DNA of 64,000 bases, taken from an uncultured Planctomycetia bacterium. GTDB lineage: Bacteria > Omnitrophota > Gorgyraeia > JABMRG01. The stretch lies in NCBI GenBank assembly GCA_964634945.1, contig CAZWMG010000001.1:116825-180824 (forward strand), written 5' to 3'. The notes under the pieces are model-generated. The model had not been told where the DNA came from, ran no database searches, and worked only from the letters and a program-made list of their open reading frames with translations. The first letter of the stretch is position 1; each line of letters starts with the position of its first letter. Both the position numbers and the translations under genes were made by a program. Positions 1 through 10,120 of this stretch are shown here, one piece after another.

Positions 1-133
1 CAACATCTGTTACAAGATTTACCCTACCCTTATAGGATATTTTTTCAATCCTTCCTAAATGTTTTTTAAGAAACACACCTGCGTCTTTAGCGAGATTCTC
101 GATAAACTTTTTATATTGCATCTCTTCTTTCAT
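1..133 (-). CDS. suhB: Inositol monophosphatase family protein, N-terminal part (runs off the window)
   Basis: Manual translation MKEEMQYKKFIENLAKDAGVFLKKHLGRIEKISYKGRVNLVTDV; the 'K..NLVT.VD' start is typical of SuhB/IMPase. Confidence 0.7.
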   Translation of the reverse strand, partial: MKEEMQYKKFIENLAKDAGVFLKKHLGRIEKISYKGRVNLVTDV

Positions 134-167
134 TACATATATCCATTTTTTATTCTTCTTATCTCTT

Positions 168-202
168 AAAAGAAAGGTAAGCCGCCGTGCCGACTTACTT
201 TT
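168..202 (-). terminator. Putative intrinsic terminator
   Basis: Imperfect stem aaggtaagccg/cgacttacttt immediately after the GT2 stop, with a U-rich tract on the - strand. Confidence 0.4.
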
Positions 203-1357
203 CTAAAAACTAGGCTCTATGCATAGGGCTCTATATCGTTTTGATTTTTTTAAGCCCCCTGAGATAAAGCTCGCATTCGTCATATATTTCATTTTACACC
301 ATGTGAAAAAATATTTACGGGGCTTCATAAACCAGCACCAGTAGAAAAATTTATACGAGAAATATGCTGCAAGCAAAAAAGACGTACATACAAAAAAAGC
401 TAAGCGCGGGCCTGGAGGATTAAATACTAAGGTTATAAGGCTTATTATGAATGCGAACGCAAAGATATGTAGCAGATGAAAGTTTCCTAAATAGAGAAAC
501 CCTTTAATCGGTGATGGGATCTTTAGCACAGGATTATTAGGATAGCTACCGATAAACTGGAAGACCAATTCAATATGATTAGACGCGTATTTCTTAATCA
601 GTGGGGGGTGCGCAGCGGCATAACTGGCCCAAACCTTCTCAAGCGCTGAAAAGCTCGATCTGTGCATATGATCTACTGTTGCCTCCGGCGCAAAATAGAG
701 TTTCCACCCCTTATCCTCAATCTGTAGGCACATATCCATGTCTTCGCCGGTAGGATGGGCCCAAAATCTCGCGTTTACCTCATCAATGGCTTTTTTTCTG
801 TAAGCCACGTTTGCGGTAATAAAAAAATATGCCCTATGGCCCGCTATCTGCGTTGGGCCCCTGTCAGACAAGGGTGGAAACTCGCCTTCTTCAATAAAAC
901 CATACCGTGGAGAGACCATATTGAACCTAAAATGCTCGCAATAGGCCTCAGTAAGGTTATCTTTATCTACCTTTAGTGTATACACCTCACCTCCAACAGC
1001 GCCTATCTTTGGATCCTTGGCAAATTTGGCAAGCATGATATTGACCCAATCCTTGCACGGAGCACAATCAGCGTCAGTGAAAAAAATATAATCACCCTTT
1101 ACGCTTTCTAGTGCCTTATTTCTTGCAAAAGCAGGTGTCGGGCAGCCAGGCAACTCTAAAAGCCTTATAAAATCATATCTTTTCTGCCATGATTTAATAA
1201 TATCGAGGGTCTTATCCTTTGAGCCTCCATCAACCAGAATAATCTCCCAGTTTTTATGGGGATAATCGATCTGCAAAAGATGCTCAAAGCTCTTATTGAC
1301 CGTTCGCTCAAAATCTCGGATAGGTATTATTATTGAAATAAATGGTTTGTCACTCAT
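203..1357 (-). CDS. Glycosyltransferase family 2 with C-terminal TM helices
   Basis: SIIIP..VDGGS.D..FTDAD..GEDMD motifs; hydrophobic C-terminus. Confidence 0.88.
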   Translation of the reverse strand: MSDKPFISIIIPIRDFERTVNKSFEHLLQIDYPHKNWEIILVDGGSKDKTLDIIKSWQKRYDFIRLLELPGCPTPAFARNKALESVKGDYIFFTDADCAPCKDWVNIMLAKFAKDPKIGAVGGEVYTLKVDKDNLTEAYCEHFRFNMVSPRYGFIEEGEFPPLSDRGPTQIAGHRAYFFITANVAYRKKAIDEVNARFWAHPTGEDMDMCLQIEDKGWKLYFAPEATVDHMHRSSFSALEKVWASYAAAHPPLIKKYASNHIELVFQFIGSYPNNPVLKIPSPIKGFLYLGNFHLLHIFAFAFIISLITLVFNPPGPRLAFFVCTSFLLAAYFSYKFFYWCWFMKPRKYFFTWCKMKYMTNASFISGGLKKSKRYRALCIEPSF

Positions 1358-1426
1358 ATAGGCGCCTTGTTAAAAAGTGATTGAATATTTAATATATACC
1401 CAATAATAGTGCGTGTCCACATAAAC

Positions 1427-1461
1427 TTAGCCTGTACGTTACTTTTTTACGCACAGGCTAA
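1427..1461. repeat. Intergenic hairpin
   Basis: ttagcctgtacgt / acgcacaggctaa inverted repeat (12/13). Confidence 0.5.
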
Positions 1462-1513
1462 TCCCATAGGGATCATTTCTTAAAGTGTTATAGTTACGAT
1501 TAGGCTACCCCTG

Positions 1514-2233
1514 TTATTTATCGTCCTCATACGCTATCGCTCTGATATTCTCCAATTTGCCAAAACAGACAAGGGTATCATGAGGCTTTAACCTTGTAGA
1601 AGCGATAGGATTTATTATATTCTCCCGGTCCCTTTCCACAGAAAGCACCAGAATGTCATTAGAGCGCAATTTTGATTCAGAAAGGGTTTTTCCGCTTAGA
1701 GGGTTTTTCTTAGTAAGCTCAATCTGTGAAATTCCATACCCCTTAGCGTTTAAGAGAAGTTCTTCAAATCTGGCACGCTGCAACAGCTTTTTGTCAATCA
1801 TCTGCTCCTGGATCTTACTCATAAGGAGGTTCAAAAACCTGCTCGAATGGAATATTTTATAAATCAAAAAAAGCAGGATAAGCACAATGCTTAAATTGGC
1901 ATACTGCATAGAGGATCTAGGCACGAACCTTTCGAGAACAGGAATAATAGGCGTCACAGGACCACTGGTATTGATTGTTGTAACAAGAGTGGCTATCAAA
2001 GTAACAAACCCCGCATTACCCAGTATCATAAGCACGGAAGCTACTTTACGCCTGTCCTTATGCGCTGTTACCAGCTCAGCTTCTCTTGTTGTAAAACCTG
2101 TTCCTGTAAAAGCTGATACAGACTGAAAGTTTGCCTGATCAGAATTGAGTCCTGTAAGTTCAAAAGCGGCAGCACCGATTTTAATTACGAAATACACTAC
2201 AACAATAATAGCGATGAACACAAATACACTCAT
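1514..2233 (-). CDS. Membrane protein with TrkA-C (RCK-C) domain
   Basis: A.FQSVSAFTGTGFTT.EAE pore-like motif; C-terminal GKTL..L.....LVL.VER....P TrkA_C pattern. Confidence 0.85.
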   Translation of the reverse strand: MSVFVFIAIIVVVYFVIKIGAAAFELTGLNSDQANFQSVSAFTGTGFTTREAELVTAHKDRRKVASVLMILGNAGFVTLIATLVTTINTSGPVTPIIPVLERFVPRSSMQYANLSIVLILLFLIYKIFHSSRFLNLLMSKIQEQMIDKKLLQRARFEELLLNAKGYGISQIELTKKNPLSGKTLSESKLRSNDILVLSVERDRENIINPIASTRLKPHDTLVCFGKLENIRAIAYEDDK

Positions 2234-2274
2234 TAAAAGGCCTCTCTCTTTTCTGTTATTGAATTCAAAAATTC

Positions 2275-2817
2275 TTATAGTGCCGCTCTTACGGCATCGG
2301 GCTTTGATCGTTGCCTATCGTCAATATCCTCAGACCATAACCCTCTTTTATTCTCATACGCTTGCTTTTCAGCCTGCAAAAGTTCTTCTCTGTATTTATC
2401 ATTAGGTGGAACTATAAGCACCTTGGCCAAGCCTGACCTTACGATCTCCGCGTTAACAAGCCTTGCATCAGGTGTAAAGACATAGACTAAAAGCCTTCCT
2501 TTAGAATCGCGCTCCATCAGGTCGAACTCCAGTCGAATATCACTGTCAAGAATCAGGTCCTCATTTAACCTTGCTGCAGATTCAGGTATCGCGTTTATGT
2601 CCGGTATATAAATACCTATATATGCGGCTAACTCATTATTTGTAAGCTTAATAACGTTACCTGAGATAACATCATCAACAGTAATCGGCACTATCTTCCC
2701 TACGGGGAACTCTACTACAGCGCCCAGCCCCTGAACCTCGGAAGAATCAATATAAACCCTATTGCCTGCGCATCCGCATAAAAGCGATATAAAAAAACAA
2801 AGTAACAATAATTTCAT
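2275..2817 (-). CDS. Thermonuclease (SNase-like) family lipoprotein
   Basis: Lipobox LCGC; D.KGRLL.YV, VNAEIVRSGLA, A....RGLW; DGDT motif degenerate (SGNV). Confidence 0.8.
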   Translation of the reverse strand: MKLLLLCFFISLLCGCAGNRVYIDSSEVQGLGAVVEFPVGKIVPITVDDVISGNVIKLTNNELAAYIGIYIPDINAIPESAARLNEDLILDSDIRLEFDLMERDSKGRLLVYVFTPDARLVNAEIVRSGLAKVLIVPPNDKYREELLQAEKQAYENKRGLWSEDIDDRQRSKPDAVRAAL

Positions 2818-2842
2818 AAGTAAATCGCGTAATTTAACAGCT

Positions 2843-2877
2843 AAAAATAAAAGGGACTGTCCTTGGACAGCCCCTTT
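2843..2877 (-). terminator. Intrinsic terminator / GGGAC-type hairpin
   Basis: aaagggactgtcc / ggacagccccttt stem with an A-run on its left (U-tract on -), downstream of CDS 2913-3248. Confidence 0.65.
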
Positions 2878-2912
2878 GTGCTGATTAAAGCTAAGTAAAG
2901 AATTTCGTAAAA

Positions 2913-3248
2913 CTATTTTGTCGATGTATCCGGAATAGGTACCATAGAAGGCTTTACAACCTCTTCCTGTCCTGTCTTATGCAGAGTAGCTACATCCGCA
3001 ACGCCTGAGACTGTCCTTGCAAAGGCATTTGCTATACCCTTAAGCAGGCCAACTGTTATGCCAAGAAACGGGTTATCTGAATCCTTCGTTACCGCCGCTA
3101 CAGCCTTTGGTATTTCTGTCCAGCCCAATAGCACGTTACCAGTTGTGTTCTGGAGCTTATCCTGCTCTTTATCCTGCGCTAGGGCTGATAGAGATAATGT
3201 ACTGATCGCGACACAAGCCAATATTGCAACTATTAATGACTTTTTCAC
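2913..3248 (-). CDS. Secreted protein resembling exosortase-system-associated TIGR04073 family
   Basis: Signal peptide; NVLLGWTEIPK...G...G...A..RT.SGV.D; GTG start chosen behind GGAGGTG SD. Confidence 0.6.
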   Translation of the reverse strand: MKKSLIVAILACVAISTLSLSALAQDKEQDKLQNTTGNVLLGWTEIPKAVAAVTKDSDNPFLGITVGLLKGIANAFARTVSGVADVATLHKTGQEEVVKPSMVPIPDTSTK

Positions 3249-3334
3249 TTCATTCACCTCCTCATTTTTTTTATCATAGCATAAATGAAAAACAGGCGCA
3301 AGCAAAAAGTATTTTTTATTCGTGTTTTTATTGT

Positions 3335-4432
3335 TTAGCTTTTTATCAGATCTATCCTCTCGGATGCGGGGGGATGATCATAAAAGAAATGCTTAGCGAG
3401 CATTCCAGGAGTTGGATCTGATAGATTTTGCAGAGTGAGCTTTTCTATAAGATCGGAAAATACAAAAGGCTTACCGGTTATAACGATAGCGTCTTTATCA
3501 GCCTGTGTCTCATATTTTCTGGAGATCGAGTTTAATATCGGGAGAGAACATATACTGTATAGAGTGAAGACAATCGCTATTATCGGAAATGCTTCTATGC
3601 TGTATTGCGCAGAAATAAACCTAGCTGATATAGCAAAATCCAAAATAAAATTAATTATTAGGAGATTTAGCAGGATCGATAAAAAATGCAATATATTCAG
3701 CCTCCAAAAATGCATATGCTTGTGATGGGCCAGTTCATGAGCAAGCGTAGCCTCTATCTCATCGGGAGTATAATTTTCAAGCAGTGTATCCGAAAGAAGA
3801 ATTCGCTTGCTCTTTCCAATGCCGCAAACCGCGGCATTGGCCTTGGAAGTTTTCGCGCCAAGGCCTATTGTGTAGACATCAACGATCTCAATGTCCATGC
3901 TATCGGCTAATTTAGTAAGCCTCTCCTTCAATAGCTTGTCAGTGATTATTGTAAGTTTGTAAAAAAGCGGGATAACTATCTGTGGAAATATCTTCGCGAT
4001 TATTACACTCATAAAAAAATACGCGACACCTGAATATAGCCACCAAAAAACCGGTGAGATCCTTAAAAAAAGATAAAGAGATAAGATCATGATCATAGAA
4101 AGCAGTCCGGAAAATAAAACCTTTTTAATGTAATCCATTAACCATGACGATAAAGTCTGCCTTGATAGGCCAAAATCATGCTCCATTCGAAAGGATGCGG
4201 TATAGTCAAGCGGCAAGAGAATGATCTGCAAAAAGCTACCTGCGATAGCTATATATATTGCGGCTACTATGTAAGGGTTCTGCGATACCATAAGCGCAAG
4301 AGAGATCAAGAATTCAGAACCGCCGCTAAAAAATAGACCAGTGAAAAAGAGAATGGTCAGGACCCATTCGGAAACTGCTATTTTACGTTTACCAACTGAA
4401 TATAGCTTTGTTTTATCTTCACGGCTATCCAA
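3335..4432 (-). CDS. M48 (Ste24/HtpX-like) zinc metalloprotease
   Basis: ANAAVCG, RILLSDTL, AHELAH, SRKYE..AD, DHPP..ERI; several TM helices. Confidence 0.92.
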   Translation of the reverse strand: MDSREDKTKLYSVGKRKIAVSEWVLTILFFTGLFFSGGSEFLISLALMVSQNPYIVAAIYIAIAGSFLQIILLPLDYTASFRMEHDFGLSRQTLSSWLMDYIKKVLFSGLLSMIMILSLYLFLRISPVFWWLYSGVAYFFMSVIIAKIFPQIVIPLFYKLTIITDKLLKERLTKLADSMDIEIVDVYTIGLGAKTSKANAAVCGIGKSKRILLSDTLLENYTPDEIEATLAHELAHHKHMHFWRLNILHFLSILLNLLIINFILDFAISARFISAQYSIEAFPIIAIVFTLYSICSLPILNSISRKYETQADKDAIVITGKPFVFSDLIEKLTLQNLSDPTPGMLAKHFFYDHPPASERIDLIKS

Positions 4433-4453
4433 GTCCTGTCCCCTTATTTTTAC

Positions 4454-5347
4454 TTATTCTATACCAAGCTTTTTTAGAGAGATTTCATTTTTACGCCAGT
4501 TCTTTAAAACCTTTACCCATACTTGCATAAAAATTTTTGCACTAAACCTCTCTTCTAGCTCAACCCTGCTTAAGGTCGCTATCTCCTTGGCCATAGAACC
4601 TTTCTGCCCTACTATAATCGCTTTTTGCGATTCACGCTCAACATAAATTGTAGCGTCAATATCAAGAATTTCTTTTGTTTCGCGCTTTTGAAATCTTTCA
4701 ATAACCACTGCTACGGAGTGAGGAACCTCTTCCCTTGTCAATTGAAGGACTTTCTCTCTTATGATCTCTGCTGATGAAAAGATATCGCTCTTATCCGTAA
4801 CCTGCTCGTCAGGATAATGCTTCTCTCCCATTGGCAAGAGATTAAATATTTTCTCCTTTAGAACCTCGATATTGTCACCTGTTAGCGCGGATATCGGTAT
4901 GAATTCACTAAACGCGTACTCGCTTCTTAGCTCATCAATAACAGGTAGGAGTTTTGACTTTTTGGCAATATCTATCTTATTAAGAACAACGATTACCGGC
5001 TTTTTAGCCTCTTTTATCTTCTCCAGTATGATACGGTCCGCCTCTGAAAGGCCTGAGGTCATCTCAATCAAAAAAATAACGAGGTCTGCGCCAAGAAGTG
5101 AGTTTGAAGCCTTGTTAACCATCAATCTGCCAAGCAGCAGATGCGGCTTATGTATGCCGGGCGTATCGACAAAGATCGCCTGTTCATGCGCAGTTGTAAG
5201 TATGCCAAGGATGTTATCTCTCGTTGTCTCAGGCTTGTTCGAGACTATGGCTAATTTTTGGTTAAGAAAGGCATTCAACAGGGTAGATTTGCCCACATTT
5301 GGTTTTCCTACAATAGTCACAAAACCTGATTTATATCTAGCTGTCAC
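4454..5347 (-). CDS. era: GTPase Era
   Basis: GKPNVGKS, DTPG, NKID, EIIREK, EEVPH, KH domain. Confidence 0.97.
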   Translation of the reverse strand: MTARYKSGFVTIVGKPNVGKSTLLNAFLNQKLAIVSNKPETTRDNILGILTTAHEQAIFVDTPGIHKPHLLLGRLMVNKASNSLLGADLVIFLIEMTSGLSEADRIILEKIKEAKKPVIVVLNKIDIAKKSKLLPVIDELRSEYAFSEFIPISALTGDNIEVLKEKIFNLLPMGEKHYPDEQVTDKSDIFSSAEIIREKVLQLTREEVPHSVAVVIERFQKRETKEILDIDATIYVERESQKAIIVGQKGSMAKEIATLSRVELEERFSAKIFMQVWVKVLKNWRKNEISLKKLGIE

Positions 5348-5397
5348 TGTTTTTATACCTTACAATTTATATGTGTTTGCCAATAAAAAACAACTCG

Positions 5398-5706
5398 TCA
5401 TACCTTATAGACCAAGTCATTACTTCTTACTCTCTTTTTTGCTATAAAACCTACCTCACTGCCTTTTTTTGCTTTTTCTACATCCTTGTTATCTATCTGA
5501 AGAGAACTTAACTTCTGCTTAAAATCTGTGGTGTGGCCTTGAATATGAACTGTATCACCCGCGGATAAAGGTGTTTTAAGTTTTATAACCCCTGCCCTAC
5601 ATCGGCTAAAGTAATGCGTTATGCTTCCTATTGGCTTACCTTCGGGTTTTTTCCTTTGAGCTTTCTTTACTGATTTTTGCTTCTTAAAGAAATTGAATAT
5701 CATCAT
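5398..5706 (-). CDS. Translation-elongation-factor-like beta-barrel protein (U32 peptidase C-terminal-like)
   Basis: IG.ITHYF...GD.V.I.GHTTDF.Q...S.QI...A.KG..VG. Confidence 0.7.
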   Translation of the reverse strand: MMIFNFFKKQKSVKKAQRKKPEGKPIGSITHYFSRCRAGVIKLKTPLSAGDTVHIQGHTTDFKQKLSSLQIDNKDVEKAKKGSEVGFIAKKRVRSNDLVYKV

Positions 5707-5836
5707 TCACCCCCGATAGTTTAGACATTTAGTCACAGGCTTACGGTTATCGTTTACAATCTTTTAAAAAAAGTAAATAAAAAACTATGCTCATAATCAT
5801 TCTACCATATAAATATTGGCCTACAAGTCAAAGTTG

Positions 5837-8800
5837 TTACTGCCAACATATATTTTTATAATCGCATCTTCCGCATCTTTTTACGCTATCATCATATTCT
5901 TGGAGTCTTGAGAAATCAAGATTCTTGATAGATTTCCAGCAGCCTCTTATCAGGGCCTCAAGCTCGTTAACCTTTTTATCGCTAATAGTAACCCGTTTAT
6001 TGATAAAATCACCTTTTTTTAATCCATATTTTATTACACTCAGTTTTACGGGCTCAATAAAGACAAGCAGCCCTTCAGTGATCACATAACCTCTCGCGGA
6101 ACTATCCCTATCAAATAAGAGCTTATAAGCGACCAGCTGCCTAAAATAGCCTTCACAATCACTGTCTCCGAGTTCCTGTGTTTTGGAAGTCATATTTTTA
6201 ATATGGTCATCCGGTTTTCCTGTTTTATAATCAACTACTCGTACGTATGGGGATCTTTCGTCCACCAATTCAGTCTTATCATATTTACCGGTAAAGATCA
6301 AGTCGTCATCAAGCGTGACAATTAGCTTCTTCTCAAGGCCAATCGGTTTCACGGGTGCTACTGATTCTGCCTTAAACCACCCTCTAAGTGTATCGACCTG
6401 CCTGCGACAGGAGAGTTCAATCGCCTTCTCGACACCCTGATATCTTAGTTCATCTAGGAACGATGCCTTAAAAAATTTAAAATCCGGGAATTTATCTTTG
6501 TCCATGAAGTATCTATATACATCTTCTAATGCCTTGTGAACACAGTTTCCAAAGGTAAGGCCTAGCTTTTTCTGGGAAGGCAATCGCAGTACATCAGTAT
6601 AGAGAAATTTTCTCTTGCAATTTATATAGCTATTCAAGCTTGTAGGATTCAGCGTAAGATTGGATATCATATCACTCAATACAGCCTCTGTGCCGATAAA
6701 AGGATCCTTCTTGTTTGTACAGGCAAGCGCGTCCGCAAGAACAATATCCTCCTTAACTAAAGACTTACTCGCGACACTCTCTAGCCCCACTAAGGAAAGA
6801 TATGAACTGCTTATCGTCCCTGGCTTTGGGCTGGCTGTATATAGCAGGTTTGCTTTCGCGCGGGTTGACGCCACATAAAAGAGTCTTGTTTCGTCATAAA
6901 AATTCATGATCTTGACCTTATTTTTGTCAGGCGCCTTATCTTTTGTCTTGAATATTTCTGGGGGCAATGGTATCAGGTCTGATTTTAAGCGCATAGGCCA
7001 ATTCTTATCCTGCAAACAAAACGGTATAATAACAGAATGGAACTCTAGCCCCTTCGAGCCATGTGCCGTAAAAATCCTTACTCCATCCTGGCTCATCGTA
7101 ACAAGATCTCCCTGAAGAGGTATGCCATGTTCTCTCTTCATATCCAGCTCATCCATAAGATCGGAAAGCGTTAAAGCGGGACTATTGAGATCTGAAACCT
7201 TTATCATATTAATAAATGATGTTAACGCGCGAAGATCCCTTATCTTTAAGATAGCGTCATCCTTGTATGCCTTGAGAATATACTTGTATATCCCCGCGTC
7301 TTCAACATATTGTAAAAGCGCGGCGTGAACAGGACGTGTGCTAATGGACTCCAGTAGCCTCCTTATGGCCCATGCCGCTTTTGCGATTGCGCATGGGTCC
7401 TTAAAGCTTGAGCTTTTACATATAGGTAATAACCTGATATCCTTATTTAATAGCTCCGCTTTCGTATCAAGCGAATCAAAACAACTTAGAAACTCTTGAA
7501 ATAATGTTATCTCATTTGAGCGCTTATCCTCTTTATTGCGCATTCTCTTGCGCTGGAGATGCCTGATAAATTCCAGTACATCTCTCATGGGGATCTGAAA
7601 ATAATCGCTAATGAGCACCCTATACAACAAGGCGTCCTTTTCCGATATCGCGGTAATGTTTCGGGTGTCGGAAAGAGCTAGGACATCAAGCATCTGCCTG
7701 ACCCTTTTTTCTGGCGTTATATCCTCTTTTCCATCGGTTGCATATGGTATACCCGCCTTTAAGAATGTGTCTATAACCTTTAAGATCTCTTTTCTCTTGC
7801 GTACTAGTATCGCTATATTGTTGTAAGGGTGCGCCTTATCATCATCAGAGACCTCGCTTGAGGATACAATGCGGGCCTTAATCTCCTTTACCTTATTCGC
7901 TAAAAAAATAAGCTCCTCCGCCTCTGTCGTAAGCTCGTGGAACTCTATTCTTTTATCACTATAATCTTTCTTAGGCGTAAGCTCTTTTAAAGTCATCCTC
8001 TCCGCGTCAGGAAGGTTGCCTATTATCTTATCGGATATCATTATTATGTTTTTGGTAGATCTATAATTATCTTTTAACGATATTGTCTTCAATTTTGGAA
8101 AACGTGATTCAAGAAGCTTGAAATTTCCTACGGACGCCCCTTGAAAACGATAGATAGACTGGTCATCGTCTCCTACGCAACAAAGATTTGGATCCTTGCT
8201 CCTTGCAAGCTCGAACAATAACTCTAGCTGTGCCCCATTTGTATCCTGAAACTCATCTACCATTATAAATGTGTACTTCTGACACAAGGCATCCCTAATC
8301 CCTTTCTCTTTTCTAATCGCCTCAAGGGCAAAGATTATCATGTCATCAAAATCATATCTTCCGCGATCATCAAAAAGATCCCTATTCTTGCCTGCCTTGT
8401 ACTCCTCATAAAGCTTATAGACAATCGCCAGGGCTTTGATTCTGGGCAGATGTTTTTCTTCGATATAAACCCCATCAGGCTTTATGGAAGTAGCGATTCT
8501 CTCAAATTCTTTTGGCCCTATGCCCTCTTTTTTTAGTTCACTGATCTTACTCTCTATCGCGTTGCGATAAATATATGGCGCCCTGAACGGCCTAATCGGA
8601 TCTATGCCATCTGTATTATCAAGTATATACTCAAATGCCTTGACCCTTTCTATGTCTGTTATCTGTATCTTATCCCGAACATAGTTTGCGGCATCTTCTG
8701 AATCAAGTAATATGGAATTTGAAAAACTATGGAAGGTACCTGTTTCAATATCATACCCATCAGGCCCTAATATCTTTACTAGGCGTTCTTTCATGGCCTT

Positions 8801-9004
8801 TGAAGCGGCGTTTGTATAGGTAAGGATCAAGATATTCTCAGGACTTGCTTCTTTTGAATATATTATATTCGCGGCACGCACAGAGAGCAGCTCTGTCTTA
8901 CCTGTGCCAGGACCAGCTAGCACAAGAAGCGGGCCGCTTAAGGCATCGGCAGCGGCTTTTTGGCTAGAATTTAATTTTTTGTAACACTCCTTAAAGCTAT
9001 CCAT
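5837..9004 (-). CDS. UvrD/Rep-family helicase fused to a C-terminal PD-(D/E)xK nuclease with probable Fe-S cluster
   Basis: AGPGTGKT, VDEFQD, VGDDDQSIYRFQGA, NYRS, TAHGSKGLEF, RLFYVASTRA; GKYD..VDYKTG, QL.AY; Cys ...CGRCDYKNIC. Confidence 0.92.
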   Translation of the reverse strand: MDSFKECYKKLNSSQKAAADALSGPLLVLAGPGTGKTELLSVRAANIIYSKEASPENILILTYTNAASKAMKERLVKILGPDGYDIETGTFHSFSNSILLDSEDAANYVRDKIQITDIERVKAFEYILDNTDGIDPIRPFRAPYIYRNAIESKISELKKEGIGPKEFERIATSIKPDGVYIEEKHLPRIKALAIVYKLYEEYKAGKNRDLFDDRGRYDFDDMIIFALEAIRKEKGIRDALCQKYTFIMVDEFQDTNGAQLELLFELARSKDPNLCCVGDDDQSIYRFQGASVGNFKLLESRFPKLKTISLKDNYRSTKNIIMISDKIIGNLPDAERMTLKELTPKKDYSDKRIEFHELTTEAEELIFLANKVKEIKARIVSSSEVSDDDKAHPYNNIAILVRKRKEILKVIDTFLKAGIPYATDGKEDITPEKRVRQMLDVLALSDTRNITAISEKDALLYRVLISDYFQIPMRDVLEFIRHLQRKRMRNKEDKRSNEITLFQEFLSCFDSLDTKAELLNKDIRLLPICKSSSFKDPCAIAKAAWAIRRLLESISTRPVHAALLQYVEDAGIYKYILKAYKDDAILKIRDLRALTSFINMIKVSDLNSPALTLSDLMDELDMKREHGIPLQGDLVTMSQDGVRIFTAHGSKGLEFHSVIIPFCLQDKNWPMRLKSDLIPLPPEIFKTKDKAPDKNKVKIMNFYDETRLFYVASTRAKANLLYTASPKPGTISSSYLSLVGLESVASKSLVKEDIVLADALACTNKKDPFIGTEAVLSDMISNLTLNPTSLNSYINCKRKFLYTDVLRLPSQKKLGLTFGNCVHKALEDVYRYFMDKDKFPDFKFFKASFLDELRYQGVEKAIELSCRRQVDTLRGWFKAESVAPVKPIGLEKKLIVTLDDDLIFTGKYDKTELVDERSPYVRVVDYKTGKPDDHIKNMTSKTQELGDSDCEGYFRQLVAYKLLFDRDSSARGYVITEGLLVFIEPVKLSVIKYGLKKGDFINKRVTISDKKVNELEALIRGCWKSIKNLDFSRLQEYDDSVKRCGRCDYKNICWQ

Positions 9005-9005
9005 A

Positions 9006-9425
9006 TTATTTACCTATAAACTGCAAGAGGAGCTTTCGTTTACGCGGGCGGTTATCAAAATCGATAAATATAATCTGCTGCCAAGTGCCTAGAGACATCT
9101 GGTTATCATTGAATGGCACTGTCAAGGATGGGCCAAGCAGAGAAGCCCTTAGATGTGAATGACCATTCGCATCTCCCCATGTAGCATCATGCTCATAGCG
9201 CTCAGAGGATGGGATTATCTTCTCAAAGAATTTCTTTATATCTGACTCCAATGCCGGCTCATATTCTATTGTCGTAACCGCACCTGTTGAACCGATAACA
9301 AATACTGTGACTATACCAGATGAGGCCTTTTTCTTTTTGAGGATATCATTAACCTGCGGCGTTATATCCACAATATCGGTTCTTCCTTTGGTATTAAGCT
9401 CTATATAAGCTGTTGAAACAGTCAT
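9006..9425 (-). CDS. yjbQ: YjbQ/UPF0047 family protein
   Basis: NGHSHLRASLLGPS, LGTWQ.I.F.DFD. Confidence 0.92.
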   Translation of the reverse strand: MTVSTAYIELNTKGRTDIVDITPQVNDILKKKKASSGIVTVFVIGSTGAVTTIEYEPALESDIKKFFEKIIPSSERYEHDATWGDANGHSHLRASLLGPSLTVPFNDNQMSLGTWQQIIFIDFDNRPRKRKLLLQFIGK

Positions 9426-10114
9426 CTTGCCCCCTTTTTGTCATTGTGAAAAACACACTTTTCGCAATCCGGACTTATCCTGCATACGCCCTTGGAATGG
9501 GCCACAATTAGAGCGTGGTATTCGTTAAACAGGCTCGTGTCGTGTGGTAGATTTTGCATAAAGAGGGCCTGCAAATCGTCATATTTACTTTTGCCGCGGG
9601 TTAACCCTAAACACTTGGTAATTCTACGCGTATACGCGTCAATGACAAAAATAGGCTTATCTAACGCGTACAATAATATGGAATCCGCTGTCTCGGGGCC
9701 TATGCCATTTACGCTTAAAATTTCTTCTCGCAAGGTTGAAAGCGGGGTGCACTTCATCCTGAATAACTTTCCATTATATTTGAAAAAAAGGAAATCAAGA
9801 AAGTTCTTCAGTCTTTTTGCTTTTATATTATAGTAACCACTTGGGCGTATCAATGCGGCGAGTTTATTTGCGCTAATATTGTGCAGTTTTAATGGGTGTA
9901 AGAGATCTTCTCTCTTAAGGTTGAGAATTGCCTTTTCAACATTGGACCAGTTCGTGTTCTGAGTAAGGATTGCGCCAACTACAACTTCAAAAAAAGAATC
10001 CGCAGGCCACCAATGCTGAGGCCCGTACATCTTATAGAGGATACTAAATACCTCAAGCAGCCTCGATGTTAATTTTTTACCCTGCTTAAGCCTCTTCTCA
10101 GCCATAACCTTCAT
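9422..10114 (-). CDS. Endonuclease III-related HhH-GPD protein
   Basis: WWPA, GAILTQNTNW.NV, GIGPETADSILLYA, DAYT.R, EYHAL, C-terminal Cys cluster. Confidence 0.9.
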   Translation of the reverse strand: MKVMAEKRLKQGKKLTSRLLEVFSILYKMYGPQHWWPADSFFEVVVGAILTQNTNWSNVEKAILNLKREDLLHPLKLHNISANKLAALIRPSGYYNIKAKRLKNFLDFLFFKYNGKLFRMKCTPLSTLREEILSVNGIGPETADSILLYALDKPIFVIDAYTRRITKCLGLTRGKSKYDDLQALFMQNLPHDTSLFNEYHALIVAHSKGVCRISPDCEKCVFHNDKKGAR

Positions 10115-10120
10115 TAGTTA

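Noticed and set aside
5837-6650. Cas4-like nuclease suggesting a CRISPR locus
   Set aside because: It is fused to UvrD; no cas genes and no regularly spaced repeat-spacer array seen in the window
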